Of a DNA stretch of 64,000 nt, positions 17,370 through 26,724 are shown piece after piece. The number at the start of each line of letters is the position of its first letter. The first letter of the stretch is position 1. Source of the stretch: Xanthobacteraceae bacterium. GTDB lineage: Bacteria; Pseudomonadota; Alphaproteobacteria; Rhizobiales; Xanthobacteraceae. Position numbers and translations under genes: made by a program. The notes beneath the pieces are model-generated. The model made no database searches. It was not told the origin of the DNA and worked only from the letters and a program-made list of their open reading frames with translations. The DNA lies in the NCBI GenBank assembly GCA_036267435.1, contig DATAWA010000259.1:7852-71851 (forward strand), in the 5' to 3' direction.

Positions 17370-19889
17370 ATGTCGATTTGTGTCTACCGGGCGTGGCGCG
17401 CGCGGTGTATCGGGAGTGGCGCATTGCTTGCGCTGCTCGCTGCTGCGCCGATCGCCCGTGCCCAGGATCAGCCTGCACCAAGTCCGCCAGCACCGGCGCA
17501 AGCGGCGCAACAGCAACCTCTTCCAGAACAGGCGCCGCCCGTTTCGGCGCCACCGACCGCAATACAACCGCCGATCCCTTCCCCGCCTGCCGCGGCAGCG
17601 CCAGCCGTTCCGCCACCGTCCGCTCTTTCTGCGCCGCCGCCGCCCAGTGGCGGCGGCGGCACCGCACTCCCTGAGATCGATGTGCGGGCGCCGATCATCA
17701 AGCGGCCGCCGGCGCGCACGGTCGCCCGGCATGTATCACCCACCGTGCCGCCGCTGACGCCTGCCGAACGGCTCGTCGAGCAGAATAACGGCCTCGATGC
17801 GGCGCGCGATAGCCTTTATACCACCATCGGCACCACCTCGGACACGCTGAGCCGCGATGCCATTGCCGCCATGCCGCTCGGCGGCAATCAGCCGGTCGAG
17901 CGCGTCATCTTGCAGGCGCCCGGCGTGTCGCAGGACTCCGCGGCGAGCGGCCTGTTCCATATCCGCAACGATCACGCCAATGTGCAATTCCGTATCAACG
18001 GCGTCATGTTGCCCGACGGCGTCACCGGCTTTTCCAGCTTTCTCGACACCGACCTGATCGGGAGCATTTCGCTCGTCACCGGCGCACTGCCGGCGGAGTA
18101 TGGGCTGCGCACCACCGGCCTGCTCGACATCACGACACGGAACGACATTTTCAACAATTCCGGCAGCATCGGCTATTACGGCGGCAGTCGCGGCACCATC
18201 CAGCCGAGCTTCGATTACGGCGGCACTATTTGTCCAGCGACCGTATCCGACGGAACGAAAACGGCGGCGGGCGCCGCCTGCATTGGCGGCCTGCAATATT
18301 TCGTCACCGGCCAATATCTGCAAACGAGTGAAGGCATCGAAAATCCGCTGCCGACACTGAACGCCATTCACGATTTCTCGCAGCAGGAAAAAGGCTTCGC
18401 TTACGCCTCGACCTTCCTCGATCCCTATACGCGCTTGAGCTTGATCGCGGGCACGTCGACCTCGAGCTTCCAGATTCCGAACGTACCCAATGCACCTTTG
18501 TCGATGGCCATCGCGCCTCCGGTGTTCGGCGCGGCCACCTTCAATTCCGCCCTCCTTAACGAGCGACAGGACGAGGATACCCAATTCGGCGTGCTGGCGT
18601 TACAGCGTTCGATCAACGGATTTGACGGACAACTGTCCTATTTCACGCGTTACGACGATCTGCATTTCATCCCCGATCCGACGGGCGATCTGTTGTTGAA
18701 CGGCATCGCCTCCGACATTAGCCGGGAAATGTATACGAACGGCTTTCAGGGCGACGGCTCCTATGTGATCGATGCCGCTCATACGCTGCGTGCCGGTTTT
18801 ACCCTCAGCGCCGAACAGACTTGGGTCGATAACACCTCGATCGTCCAGTCGACGGCGGCGCCTTTGCCGCTCCAATCGATTACCGACGACTCCGACAGGC
18901 TCGGCTGGCTGGCCGGCGTCTATGTACAGGACGAGTGGAAGATCACCAATCAATTGACGATGAATGCGGGTCTGCGCTTCGACCAGATGTGGGAATACGT
19001 CGACGCCAATCAACTAAGCCCGCGCATCAGCTTCACCTATAAGCCATCCAAGGACACGACCTTCCATGCCGGCTATGCGCGCTATTTCACGCCGCCGGTT
19101 CTGGTCGAAGCAGCGCCTGCAGACATTGCGCTGTTCAACGGCACCACCGGCGCGCCGCCGAGCGGCGGCACCAGCCCGGTGCTGCCGGAGCGCTCGCATT
19201 ATTTCGATGCCGGCGTCGATCAGAAAATCCCGTTCGGCTGCTATGACGCCGCGGGCAAGGACTGCACCACTCTCGATCTCGGCATCGACGCCTACTACAA
19301 GATCGCTACGGATCTTCTGGACAATGGCAATTTCGGCCAGGCGCTGGTTTTAAGCGCCTTTAATTACGCCAAGGGCATCAACGAAGGCGTCGAGTTCTCG
19401 GCCAAATATCGCAGCGGCAATTTCCAGGCTTACGGAAATCTTGCCGTAGGACAGGAGAAAGCGACGCAGGTGGTTTCCAATCAATATCTGTTCGACAACG
19501 TCACGCCGCTCGCCGATCTCGGCGGTCTCACCGAGCTGCAATATATCGACAGCCACTGGATCTACACCGACCATAATCAATTCGTCACCGGTTCGGCCGG
19601 ACTGTCATATTTGTGGAACGGCACCACGGTCTCGACCGATATGATCTATGGATCGGGGCTGCGCACCGGCGATGCCAATATCGGCGTTGAATCGCCCTAT
19701 GCGCAGTTCAATGTCGGCCTGTCCCACGACTTCGCCATGCCCGACGGCAAGCCGCTCACGGTGCGTTTCGACGTCGTGAACATCTTCGATACCATCTATC
19801 AGATCAGAAGCGGCAGCGGCATCGGCGTGTTCGCCGCGCAATACGGCCCGCGCCGCGGCTTCTTCGTCGGCATCAAAAAGAAGATATGA
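17370..19889 (+). CDS. TonB-dependent outer-membrane receptor with Pro/Ala-rich N-terminal extension
   Basis: GGAG lies 6 nt before the ATG at 17370. A signal peptide, a roughly 90-aa P/A-rich linker, a plug (VILQAPGVSQDS...FHIRNDHANVQFRINGV) and a C-terminal barrel follow. The barrel ends ...GPRRGFFVGIKKKI, with its terminal aromatic in the usual region. Confidence 0.9.
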   Translation: MSICVYRAWRARCIGSGALLALLAAAPIARAQDQPAPSPPAPAQAAQQQPLPEQAPPVSAPPTAIQPPIPSPPAAAAPAVPPPSALSAPPPPSGGGGTALPEIDVRAPIIKRPPARTVARHVSPTVPPLTPAERLVEQNNGLDAARDSLYTTIGTTSDTLSRDAIAAMPLGGNQPVERVILQAPGVSQDSAASGLFHIRNDHANVQFRINGVMLPDGVTGFSSFLDTDLIGSISLVTGALPAEYGLRTTGLLDITTRNDIFNNSGSIGYYGGSRGTIQPSFDYGGTICPATVSDGTKTAAGAACIGGLQYFVTGQYLQTSEGIENPLPTLNAIHDFSQQEKGFAYASTFLDPYTRLSLIAGTSTSSFQIPNVPNAPLSMAIAPPVFGAATFNSALLNERQDEDTQFGVLALQRSINGFDGQLSYFTRYDDLHFIPDPTGDLLLNGIASDISREMYTNGFQGDGSYVIDAAHTLRAGFTLSAEQTWVDNTSIVQSTAAPLPLQSITDDSDRLGWLAGVYVQDEWKITNQLTMNAGLRFDQMWEYVDANQLSPRISFTYKPSKDTTFHAGYARYFTPPVLVEAAPADIALFNGTTGAPPSGGTSPVLPERSHYFDAGVDQKIPFGCYDAAGKDCTTLDLGIDAYYKIATDLLDNGNFGQALVLSAFNYAKGINEGVEFSAKYRSGNFQAYGNLAVGQEKATQVVSNQYLFDNVTPLADLGGLTELQYIDSHWIYTDHNQFVTGSAGLSYLWNGTTVSTDMIYGSGLRTGDANIGVESPYAQFNVGLSHDFAMPDGKPLTVRFDVVNIFDTIYQIRSGSGIGVFAAQYGPRRGFFVGIKKKI

Positions 19890-20252
19890 GGCATATCATG
19901 GCATCGCGCGTCGGCACGTCCCAACCGGAAGCGGCAGTACGCTTTGGCAACGGCCGCCGCCTGCGAGCCGGACAGCCGGGATGCCGCCCGCATCGTGACA
20001 CATTATTGTGCCAATGGCGGGCGTGGACCTTGGCCGGCCGCTACGCTAAATGCGCCGGACGGAACGGCCAAGCCGACGCCGGCAGCCAGTCTCGGAACAA
20101 AAATCCCGTGCTTTTCGGTGCTCGTTACGCTAGCTCAGTGCCCGTGCCCGAATTGGCGATGGAAGATACCGGCAACGCGGCTTTTTTTCCTTATTCCAAA
20201 TTAAGACTGCGGGACTGGCGTGGGGCCGCCGGCGGCGATCGCGGTGGCGAAA

Positions 20253-21383
20253 ATGGGACATGATAAAGTGACACATCCAATGACCGGCAGAGTTCGCTTT
20301 CCCACAATAAGCCCGCGCCTCTGGGCGGGCGCCGGTGGAGCGCTGATAACCCTGGTGGTGCTGGCCACATTGTCGCTGGCGCCTGCCGCATTCGCGCAAG
20401 GCAATTCGGCCACCCCGGCGCCGCCGCCCGATGCGGCAGCCGCGCCATCCGCTCCGGCCTCCGCAAGCCCGGCGACCGCGCCCGCCTCGCCGATGACTCA
20501 GGCCGCGCCCACCGCGCCGTCGACACCCTCCTCGGCCACACCGGCGATGAGCCCGCCCAGCGCGGCTAGCCCAGCGCCAGCGCCGTCCGGCGCGATGGCT
20601 CCCGCCGCCGCCCCCACCGCAGAGCCTGCCGCGCCGCCCGCCGCAGCCGCCGAACCCGCGGCCGGCCAGCACATGGTGAGCGCCGCCGACTTGCCGGAAG
20701 ACCTTTCGCCCTGGGGCATGTTCGAAAACGCCGACATTATCGTGAAGGCGGTAATCATCGGGCTTGCCTTCGCTTCCCTGGTCACCTGGACGGTGTGGCT
20801 TGCCAAGACGCTGGAACTGAACAGCGCGCGGCGCGCGGTGCGGCGCGATATCCGCGCGCTCAGCGGCGCGACGACATTTGCCCAGGCCCACGAGCAGTTG
20901 CACGACGGCAACAGCCCGGTGTCGCAAATGATGCAGGCGTCAGCCCAGGAAATCCGGCTATCGGCGACGCTGCGCGCCGAAGGCCTGAAGGAGCGCATCG
21001 CGCTGCAGCTTGAGCGCATCGAAATGGCGGTGAGCCGAAAAATCTCGCGCGGCACCGGCGTGCTGGCGACCATCGGCTCGACCGCGCCCTTCGTCGGCCT
21101 GTTCGGCACCGTGTGGGGCATCATGAACAGCTTCATCGGCATTTCCAACGCCCACACCACCAACCTCGCGGTGGTCGCGCCGGGCATTGCGCAAGCCTTG
21201 CTGGCCACCGCGTTCGGCCTGGTCGCCGCCATTCCGGCGGTGATGATCTACAACGTGCTGGCGCGCCAGACCGCGCATTACCGCGCCTATCTCGGCGACG
21301 CCTCGGCGCAACTGATGCGGCTCGTCAGCCGCGATCTCGACCGCGCCAAGACGCCGATCCAAGCCGCCCAAGCCGCGGAGTAG
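20253..21383 (+). CDS. exbB: TonB-system energizer ExbB (long form with periplasmic Ala/Pro-rich N-extension)
   Basis: The C-terminal MotA/TolQ/ExbB channel motifs are present (LATIGSTAPFVGLFGTVWGIMNSF...GIAQALLATAFGL). A signal-like segment plus a low-complexity region precedes them. Confidence 0.85.
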   Translation: MGHDKVTHPMTGRVRFPTISPRLWAGAGGALITLVVLATLSLAPAAFAQGNSATPAPPPDAAAAPSAPASASPATAPASPMTQAAPTAPSTPSSATPAMSPPSAASPAPAPSGAMAPAAAPTAEPAAPPAAAAEPAAGQHMVSAADLPEDLSPWGMFENADIIVKAVIIGLAFASLVTWTVWLAKTLELNSARRAVRRDIRALSGATTFAQAHEQLHDGNSPVSQMMQASAQEIRLSATLRAEGLKERIALQLERIEMAVSRKISRGTGVLATIGSTAPFVGLFGTVWGIMNSFIGISNAHTTNLAVVAPGIAQALLATAFGLVAAIPAVMIYNVLARQTAHYRAYLGDASAQLMRLVSRDLDRAKTPIQAAQAAE

Positions 21384-21387
21384 CCCC

Positions 21388-21813
21388 GTGGCCATCCGCC
21401 TCGATCACGGCACCGACGAACTCACCGAGGTGCATGACATCAACGTCACGCCGTTTATCGACGTGATGCTGGTGCTGCTCATCATCTTCATGGTGGCGGC
21501 GCCGCTGGCGACCGTCGATGTGCCGGTCGATCTGCCGTCGGCTTCGGCGCCGCAGAACCAGCGGCCGCCGAAGCCGGTTTATGTCACGGTCAAATCCGAC
21601 GGCAGCCTCGCGGTCGGCGACAATACCGTGACGCGCGACGCGCTGCCGGCCGCCATAGCGGCGGCCACCAGCGGCGACAAGGAGCAGCGCATATTCGTGC
21701 GCGGCGATCGCGCCGTGCCTTATGGCGACGTCATGGAGCTGATGAATGCGCTGCGCGACGCCGGCTATCTCAAGATCGCGCTGGTCGGCATGGAATCGCG
21801 CGAGGCGAAATGA
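21388..21813 (+). CDS. exbD: TonB-system transport protein ExbD
   Basis: INVTPFIDVMLVLLIIFM...VRGDRAVPYGDVMELMNALRDAGY is the ExbD/TolR signature. Confidence 0.9.
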   Translation: MAIRLDHGTDELTEVHDINVTPFIDVMLVLLIIFMVAAPLATVDVPVDLPSASAPQNQRPPKPVYVTVKSDGSLAVGDNTVTRDALPAAIAAATSGDKEQRIFVRGDRAVPYGDVMELMNALRDAGYLKIALVGMESREAK

Positions 21814-22481
21814 ACGTTGCCTCGTTCACCTGGTTCGAGGATGAGGATGCGCGCGATCTGCGCCGCTGGGCGTTCGCCGCGGCGGTGGTGCTCGGGGTGC
21901 ATTTGGCGGCGATTGCCGCTTACGTCTATGTTCACAAACCGGACGTGATCGGCGACGACACGACCCCGATAGCGGTGGATTTTTCGCCGACCGACGACAC
22001 CATCGACCAGCCGGAAGTCGCTCCGACGCCGGAACAGCAGCAACCGCCGCCGCCTCCGATCGAGAAGCCACCGCCTCCGCCGCCGCCCGAGGCTGTCGCG
22101 GAGCCCGAAGCTCCACCTCCGCCGCCGAAGGTCGAGGAGCAAAAGCCGCCGACGCCGCCGATGCCGGCGCGTTCCAAGGGCGGCGCGCCGCATATCGCGC
22201 CGGCCTGGCAGACGACGCTCGTCCGCCATCTCGAACAATACAAACGCTATCCGAGCGCCGCGCAGGAGCGCGGCGAAGAAGGCGTGGTGCTCTTGGGTTT
22301 CACCGTCGATCGCACCGGCCACGTGCTGGAACACCGAATCGTGCGCTCCTCCGGCCATCCCGCACTCGACGACGAGGTGATGGCAATTATCGAGCGCGCG
22401 CAGCCTTTGCCGCCGTTTCCGGCGACCATGGCCGAAGCCAAGCTCGACCTGACCGTGCCGATCCGATTCTCGCTCAAGTGA
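21810..22481 (+). CDS. tonB: energy transducer TonB
   Basis: The start overlaps the exbD stop (ATGA). An N-terminal TM segment, a Pro-rich spacer (PPPPPIEKPPPPPPPE) and a TonB C-terminal domain (YPSAAQERGEEGVVLLGFTVDRTGHV) follow. Confidence 0.85.
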   Translation: MNVASFTWFEDEDARDLRRWAFAAAVVLGVHLAAIAAYVYVHKPDVIGDDTTPIAVDFSPTDDTIDQPEVAPTPEQQQPPPPPIEKPPPPPPPEAVAEPEAPPPPPKVEEQKPPTPPMPARSKGGAPHIAPAWQTTLVRHLEQYKRYPSAAQERGEEGVVLLGFTVDRTGHVLEHRIVRSSGHPALDDEVMAIIERAQPLPPFPATMAEAKLDLTVPIRFSLK

Positions 22482-22497
22482 TTGGCCGTCTGCGCTT

Positions 22498-22627
22498 TAG
22501 AGCATGATCCCGAAAAGAAGACACCGGTTTTCGGAAAAGCATGCCCTCGGGCTCGACCCGAGGGATCATGCGCAACCAAAAAGCTAGAGCCGGTTTTGAT
22601 TCCATCAAAGCCGATTAGGCTCTAGCG
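22498..22627. repeat. REP-like composite hairpin element (family A; copies also at 36422-36490, 42938-43040 and 48288-48337)
   Basis: The core gagcatgatcc(c/g)gaaaag...accggttttc(c)gaaaag(at)catgc is shared by all four loci. Extra hairpins here are ccctcgggctcgacccgaggg and ctagagcc...ggctctag. Confidence 0.8.
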
Positions 22628-22760
22628 CATAGCAGCAAACGTCAGCGTCAGGCCAAGCAAGGAAAACAGGCACACGGCCTCGAACGACGAATCGCGTTTG
22701 GCACGCCAGATCGCCGCCACCACTGTCAGTATCATGGGATGGTCCTTTCGGCCGGCGCCA

Positions 22761-22997
22761 TCATGCGCGCCAGAACGGTTTGGCGATTTCGGCCTGGATG
22801 CGCTCCGGATAACAGAGGTCCTTGCGATCGAGCTCCGACAGCATTGCGAGCTCGCGCCGCGACTGGGTGCGCCGCCGCCATTCGCGAAGCGTCTCGATCA
22901 GCCGCCCTACCAACGAACCGATCTGTCGCGGCTCGAGCAGCACATTTTCACGCAATACCGGCGAACGCGACGTAACCGACTGAGTGGACATGGTCAT
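22761..22997 (-). CDS. DUF1127 domain small protein
   Basis: The C-terminal RRELAMLSELDRKDLCYPERIQAEI matches the DUF1127 pattern (RRxLxxLxDxxLxDIG-like). It was trimmed to MTMST, with GGGAG just upstream. Confidence 0.7.
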   Translation of the reverse strand: MTMSTQSVTSRSPVLRENVLLEPRQIGSLVGRLIETLREWRRRTQSRRELAMLSELDRKDLCYPERIQAEIAKPFWRA

Positions 22998-23395
22998 CTC
23001 CCGTAACTGTTGAACGTTTACGGGCGATTTCATCCCTTGATTTTTGATTGCGACCGGAGACGACACCGCTGCCGATTCGCAGCCCAACTATTCCGATCGC
23101 CCAACTCTCTACGCGGCGTTTGCGTCGAAGATTTGACGCCGCGTCACGATCCCCGCCATGCGGGCGATCACTTATAATTCATTGCACGGACGCAATCGCC
23201 AAATCGGCGTGTCATCGCCGACTGTTTAGCAAAACGCGTGCCATTGAAGAAAAATTGCCGCAATTCGCCACGGCATGGCGACGAAATTGGCACGATGACC
23301 GAAAAGGAATCAGCGCTGCGGTTTGAAATGGAGATTGATTAGGCGAGCGGTCATTGGCCGAGTCGTAACGCAATACCGTTCGATCGGAATCCGCT

Positions 23396-24346
23396 CTACG
23401 GCCGCATGCCCCGCAAATTCCGTTCGATTCGCGGCAGGATCGGCGTCGCCCCGGGCTCGAATTTTGTGCACGTGATCTGCTCATACATGCGCACGTAGCG
23501 GCGCGACAATTCCTCGACAAGCGCGGCCGGCGCATCGGGCAGCGCCTTGTCGGCATAGGGATCGCAATGCTCGCGAAACCACAGCCGCAAGAACTCCTTG
23601 TCGAAATAGTCCGGCTCCTCGCCGGCAGCAAAGCGCTTGTCATAGGAATCGAGCTGCCAATAGCGCGACGAATCCGGCGTGTGAATTTCGTCGATCAAAA
23701 CCAAGCCGCCGCCGGCATCGATACCGAACTCGTATTTAGTGTCGACCAGCGCCAGGCCGCGCTGCGCCGCGACGTCCTGCCCGCGCGCAAACAGCTGCAG
23801 CGCCGTCTGCCTGATGCGGGCGAATTGCTCCTTGCTGACGAAACCTCCGGCGATCATCTCCTCCGGTGACAGCGTGCGGTCGTGCGCCGCCTCTTTGGTG
23901 GTCGGGTCAAAGATCGGTTGCGGCAAGCGCTGGTTTTTCCGCATGCCGTCCGACAGTGTCATTCCGCCGAAATCGCGCTGGCCTTTGCCGTAGCGGGTCC
24001 AGATCGCGGTATCGGTCACACCGGTCAGATAGCCGCGCACCACCGCCTCGATCGGCACCAGCCGGCACTTGCGCGCGATCGTCACGTTCGGATCGGGCAC
24101 CGCCAGCATGGCGTTCGGCACGATATCCTTGGTCGCATCGAACCAATAGGCGCTGATTTGATTGAGCACCTGGCCTTTCCAGGGCACGCGGGCGATGATC
24201 CGGTCGAACGACGAATGCCGGTCGGTCGTAATTAAAATGAGCCGGTCGCCCAGATCGTAGATATCGCGCACCTTTCCCGTGATCTTCGGTCCGAGAAAGT
24301 CGAAATCGGTATCGCGCAGAATGTCCATGCCGTGTTCCGGAGGCAT
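23396..24346 (-). CDS. purC: phosphoribosylaminoimidazole-succinocarboxamide (SAICAR) synthase, long form
   Basis: GKVRDIYDLGDRLILITTDRHSSFD...LALVDTKYEFG...LIDEIHTPDSSRYW is the SAICAR synthetase signature. The start is 24346 or 24328; the upstream 220 aa of the long ORF is non-coding-like. Confidence 0.85.
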   Translation of the reverse strand: MPPEHGMDILRDTDFDFLGPKITGKVRDIYDLGDRLILITTDRHSSFDRIIARVPWKGQVLNQISAYWFDATKDIVPNAMLAVPDPNVTIARKCRLVPIEAVVRGYLTGVTDTAIWTRYGKGQRDFGGMTLSDGMRKNQRLPQPIFDPTTKEAAHDRTLSPEEMIAGGFVSKEQFARIRQTALQLFARGQDVAAQRGLALVDTKYEFGIDAGGGLVLIDEIHTPDSSRYWQLDSYDKRFAAGEEPDYFDKEFLRLWFREHCDPYADKALPDAPAALVEELSRRYVRMYEQITCTKFEPGATPILPRIERNLRGMRP

Positions 24347-24445
24347 ATTATGTGAGTTGGGGGCAGCTTGAATTGGCATGCCTACCATAGCAGGGTGCGA
24401 AGGCGGGTAAATGGAACGCTGCTCGCACGATCGGGTTGAAGCACC

Positions 24446-25423
24446 ATGAAAATCGGCATCGTTGGAACCGGAGCGGTTGGTGCCGCCTGCGCCATGGCCG
24501 CGGTCAATCGCGGCAGCGCGCGCGACATAGTGTTGGTCAACCGCACGCGCAAAACCGCCGAAGCGGTGGCGACCGATATCCGCTATGGCACCCCGCTCGG
24601 CCCCAAGGTCGACATCACCGACGGCGACTATGACGCGCTGCGCGGCGCCGGCGTGGTGATGATCACCTCCGGCGTCAACGAGAAGACCGGCGGCGCCACC
24701 GATCGCAGCGATCCCAAAGGCCGCTTGCGGCTGCTCGACAAGAACGCCGAAATCTATCGCGATATTGTGCCGCGCATCGTGCGCGCCGCGCCGGAGGCGG
24801 TGCTGCTCGTCGTCACCGATCCGCCCGATCCGCTGGCCGATGTTGCGCGCGAGGCGGCCAACATCGGCAAACATCAGGGGCAAGATCAGTCCAAAGTACA
24901 AGCCCAAGTGTTGAGTGCCGGCACTTTCCTCGACTCGCTGCGCTTCAAGGTCCATTTGGCCCGCCATTTCGGCGTCGATGCCGGCTCGGTCGAAGCGCAG
25001 GTGATCGGCGACCACGGCACCTCCCAGGTCTTTTTGTGGTCGTCGGCGCGCATTGCCGGCGTCCCGCTCACGGTGCTTCTAAAAAAGCGCGGCGAGACGC
25101 TGCACGAGTTACGCGAAAAGCTCGAAAAAGACGTTCGTTACGCCAACATCACCATCATCGAAGGCCACGACGCCAGCCAATACGGCATCGGCATCGTGTC
25201 GGTGCGGATCGCCGAGATGATTTTACGCGACGAGCGTGCGGTGATCCCGATCGGCAGCCTGCAAAAGGAATTCGGCGTGACGCTGTCGCTACCGAGCGTG
25301 GTCGGCGCCGGCGGTGTCATCGAGGTTTTGCAGCCGGAGCTATCCGACGAAGAACGCATGGCGCTGGCGAAAAGTGCGCGCATTATGAAGGAAGCGCTGG
25401 CCGGCCTGCGCGACGCGGCCTAG
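24446..25423 (+). CDS. L-lactate/malate dehydrogenase family oxidoreductase
   Basis: MKIGIVGTGAVGAACA is the Rossmann motif. LDSLRFK and IGDHGTS (catalytic His) are also present. Confidence 0.8.
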   Translation: MKIGIVGTGAVGAACAMAAVNRGSARDIVLVNRTRKTAEAVATDIRYGTPLGPKVDITDGDYDALRGAGVVMITSGVNEKTGGATDRSDPKGRLRLLDKNAEIYRDIVPRIVRAAPEAVLLVVTDPPDPLADVAREAANIGKHQGQDQSKVQAQVLSAGTFLDSLRFKVHLARHFGVDAGSVEAQVIGDHGTSQVFLWSSARIAGVPLTVLLKKRGETLHELREKLEKDVRYANITIIEGHDASQYGIGIVSVRIAEMILRDERAVIPIGSLQKEFGVTLSLPSVVGAGGVIEVLQPELSDEERMALAKSARIMKEALAGLRDAA

Positions 25424-25438
25424 CCAGAAACCCTCGCT

Positions 25439-25627
25439 TCACGGCATCCAGAACGGCTTCACCGCATCAAGATCGCGCCGCAGCGGCTCGGCCAAGCCGA
25501 TATCGGCGAGCGTCCTGTCGTTGAGGTCCTCCAGGCAAGGACCGGAATGTCCGTGCTTCCAGCGTGAAAGCTGTCCGGCAAGCAAGTCCGGCAAACGTGC
25601 AAATCCGAGTGAGAAGAAGCTGGTCAT
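25439..25627 (-). CDS. DUF1127 domain small protein
   Basis: This 62-aa protein contains LEDLNDRTLADIGL, the DUF1127 core motif. It is the second family member in the window. Confidence 0.65.
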   Translation of the reverse strand: MTSFFSLGFARLPDLLAGQLSRWKHGHSGPCLEDLNDRTLADIGLAEPLRRDLDAVKPFWMP

Positions 25628-25675
25628 GGCGCATCTCCGACTCCCCGTCGCCCGAACAACATAGGCGGCAGGCCG

Positions 25676-25703
25676 GAAAACCGCTGTGACTCAAGGCACA
25701 GCG
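25676..25703 (-). terminator. hairpin plus short U-tract downstream of the 25744-26625 gene
   Basis: The minus strand reads cgctgtg-ccttgagt-cacagcg followed by gttttcc. The stem is 7 bp and the U-tract is weak. Confidence 0.35.
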
Positions 25704-25743
25704 CAATTTTAGTTGGATTAAGGCCTCACTTGACCCGTCGGCA

Positions 25744-26625
25744 TCAATCGAGCCCGCTGGCCCGCGCCTGGTCCTTCGCCATCACCGCCCAGTCGTTCTC
25801 GGCCTCGCCGTGAGCGACGGCGCCGACCAAACGGTCGCGCCAGACATTTCCCGACGGCAATGGCACACCGACCGCGCCGCCGGCCTCGAGCGCGAGATTA
25901 GCATCCTTCAAGCCCAAAATGGCGCGCTGGCCGGCCGGCAGATAGCGCTGTTCGGCAATCAGCTTGCCGTAGATTTTATAGGCCGAGCAGGCGAACAGGC
26001 CGTCGGTCATCACGTCAAGAAAGACGTCCGGCAGGACACTATATTTGCGCGTCAGCGCGAAACCCTCGCCCATCGCCTCGATGGCGCAGCCGAGCACGAA
26101 ATTATTGGCGATCTTGATAGCGGCCGCCGCGACCGGATCGGGGCCCGCCTCGAAGGTGCGCCGGGCGATGGCCGCGAACAGCGGCCGGCATCGCTCGACG
26201 GTCTCCTGTGGTCCGCCCGGCACCATGCCGGCGTGGCCCGAAGACACCACCTCAGGCCGCCCCAGCATCGGGGTGTGCAGCAGGATTTGACCGGCATCGC
26301 CGTGGAGCTTTTTCAGGCTGGTGATGCAGGCGACGCTGTGGGTGCCGGCGCAGATGTGAATGCCGCCCTTGGGCAACGACGTCAAAAGACCGTCCGGCCT
26401 TCCGACCACTTCGCTCACCGCCGCATCGTCGGCGAGCATGGTGAAAACCGCTTCGCCGTAATTCGCTGCCGCCTTGATCGAATCGAGCGGCTTGGCGCCG
26501 GCGTCGGTCAGCGGCTTCCGCTTCTCCGCATTGCGATTGTAGACGCCGACCTCATGCTTGCCCTCGATCAGCCGCCGCGCCATGGCCGTGCCCATGCGGC
26601 CGAGCCCGATGAATCCGACTTTCAT
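25744..26625 (-). CDS. NAD(P)-dependent oxidoreductase (3-hydroxyisobutyrate / 6-phosphogluconate dehydrogenase-like)
   Basis: MKVGFIGLGRMGTAMA is the NAD-binding motif. The length and central KIANN segment are typical of the beta-hydroxyacid dehydrogenase family. Confidence 0.85.
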   Translation of the reverse strand: MKVGFIGLGRMGTAMARRLIEGKHEVGVYNRNAEKRKPLTDAGAKPLDSIKAAANYGEAVFTMLADDAAVSEVVGRPDGLLTSLPKGGIHICAGTHSVACITSLKKLHGDAGQILLHTPMLGRPEVVSSGHAGMVPGGPQETVERCRPLFAAIARRTFEAGPDPVAAAAIKIANNFVLGCAIEAMGEGFALTRKYSVLPDVFLDVMTDGLFACSAYKIYGKLIAEQRYLPAGQRAILGLKDANLALEAGGAVGVPLPSGNVWRDRLVGAVAHGEAENDWAVMAKDQARASGLD

Positions 26626-26645
26626 GACGCAACTCCTCTTAACCC

Positions 26646-26720
26646 GTAGGGCGGATTAGCGAAGCGTAATCCGCCAATGTCGGCAGGCGGCGGGTTACGC
26701 CTTCGGCTAACCCGCCCTAC
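26646..26720. repeat. REP-like double hairpin (family B)
   Basis: gtag-ggcggatta-gcgaagc-taatccgcc ... ggcgggtta-cgccttcggc-taacccgcc-ctac forms two related 9-bp-stem hairpins. They are in inverted orientation, within the 99-bp gap between co-oriented minus-strand genes. Confidence 0.85.
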
Positions 26721-26724
26721 CGCG

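Noticed and set aside
20130-20927. 265-aa minus-strand ORF opposite exbB
   Set aside because: It consists of Arg/Gly repeats (GGCGGRRGRLCGGGGGG...) antisense to the Ala/Pro-rich ExbB N-extension. It is not coding-like.
22998-23395. 92-aa (+) and 143-aa (-) ORFs in the gap between the DUF1127 gene and purC
   Set aside because: They have non-coding-like composition, no ribosome-binding sites and no recognisable motifs. The gap is more likely a 5' UTR/promoter region of the DUF1127 gene.
24850-24900. A/T-richer ~45-nt segment encoding NIGKHQGQDQSKVQAQ inside the ldh-like gene, possibly an insertion
   Set aside because: It is in frame with no repeat or mobile signature. Whether it is an insertion relative to orthologues cannot be judged without an alignment.
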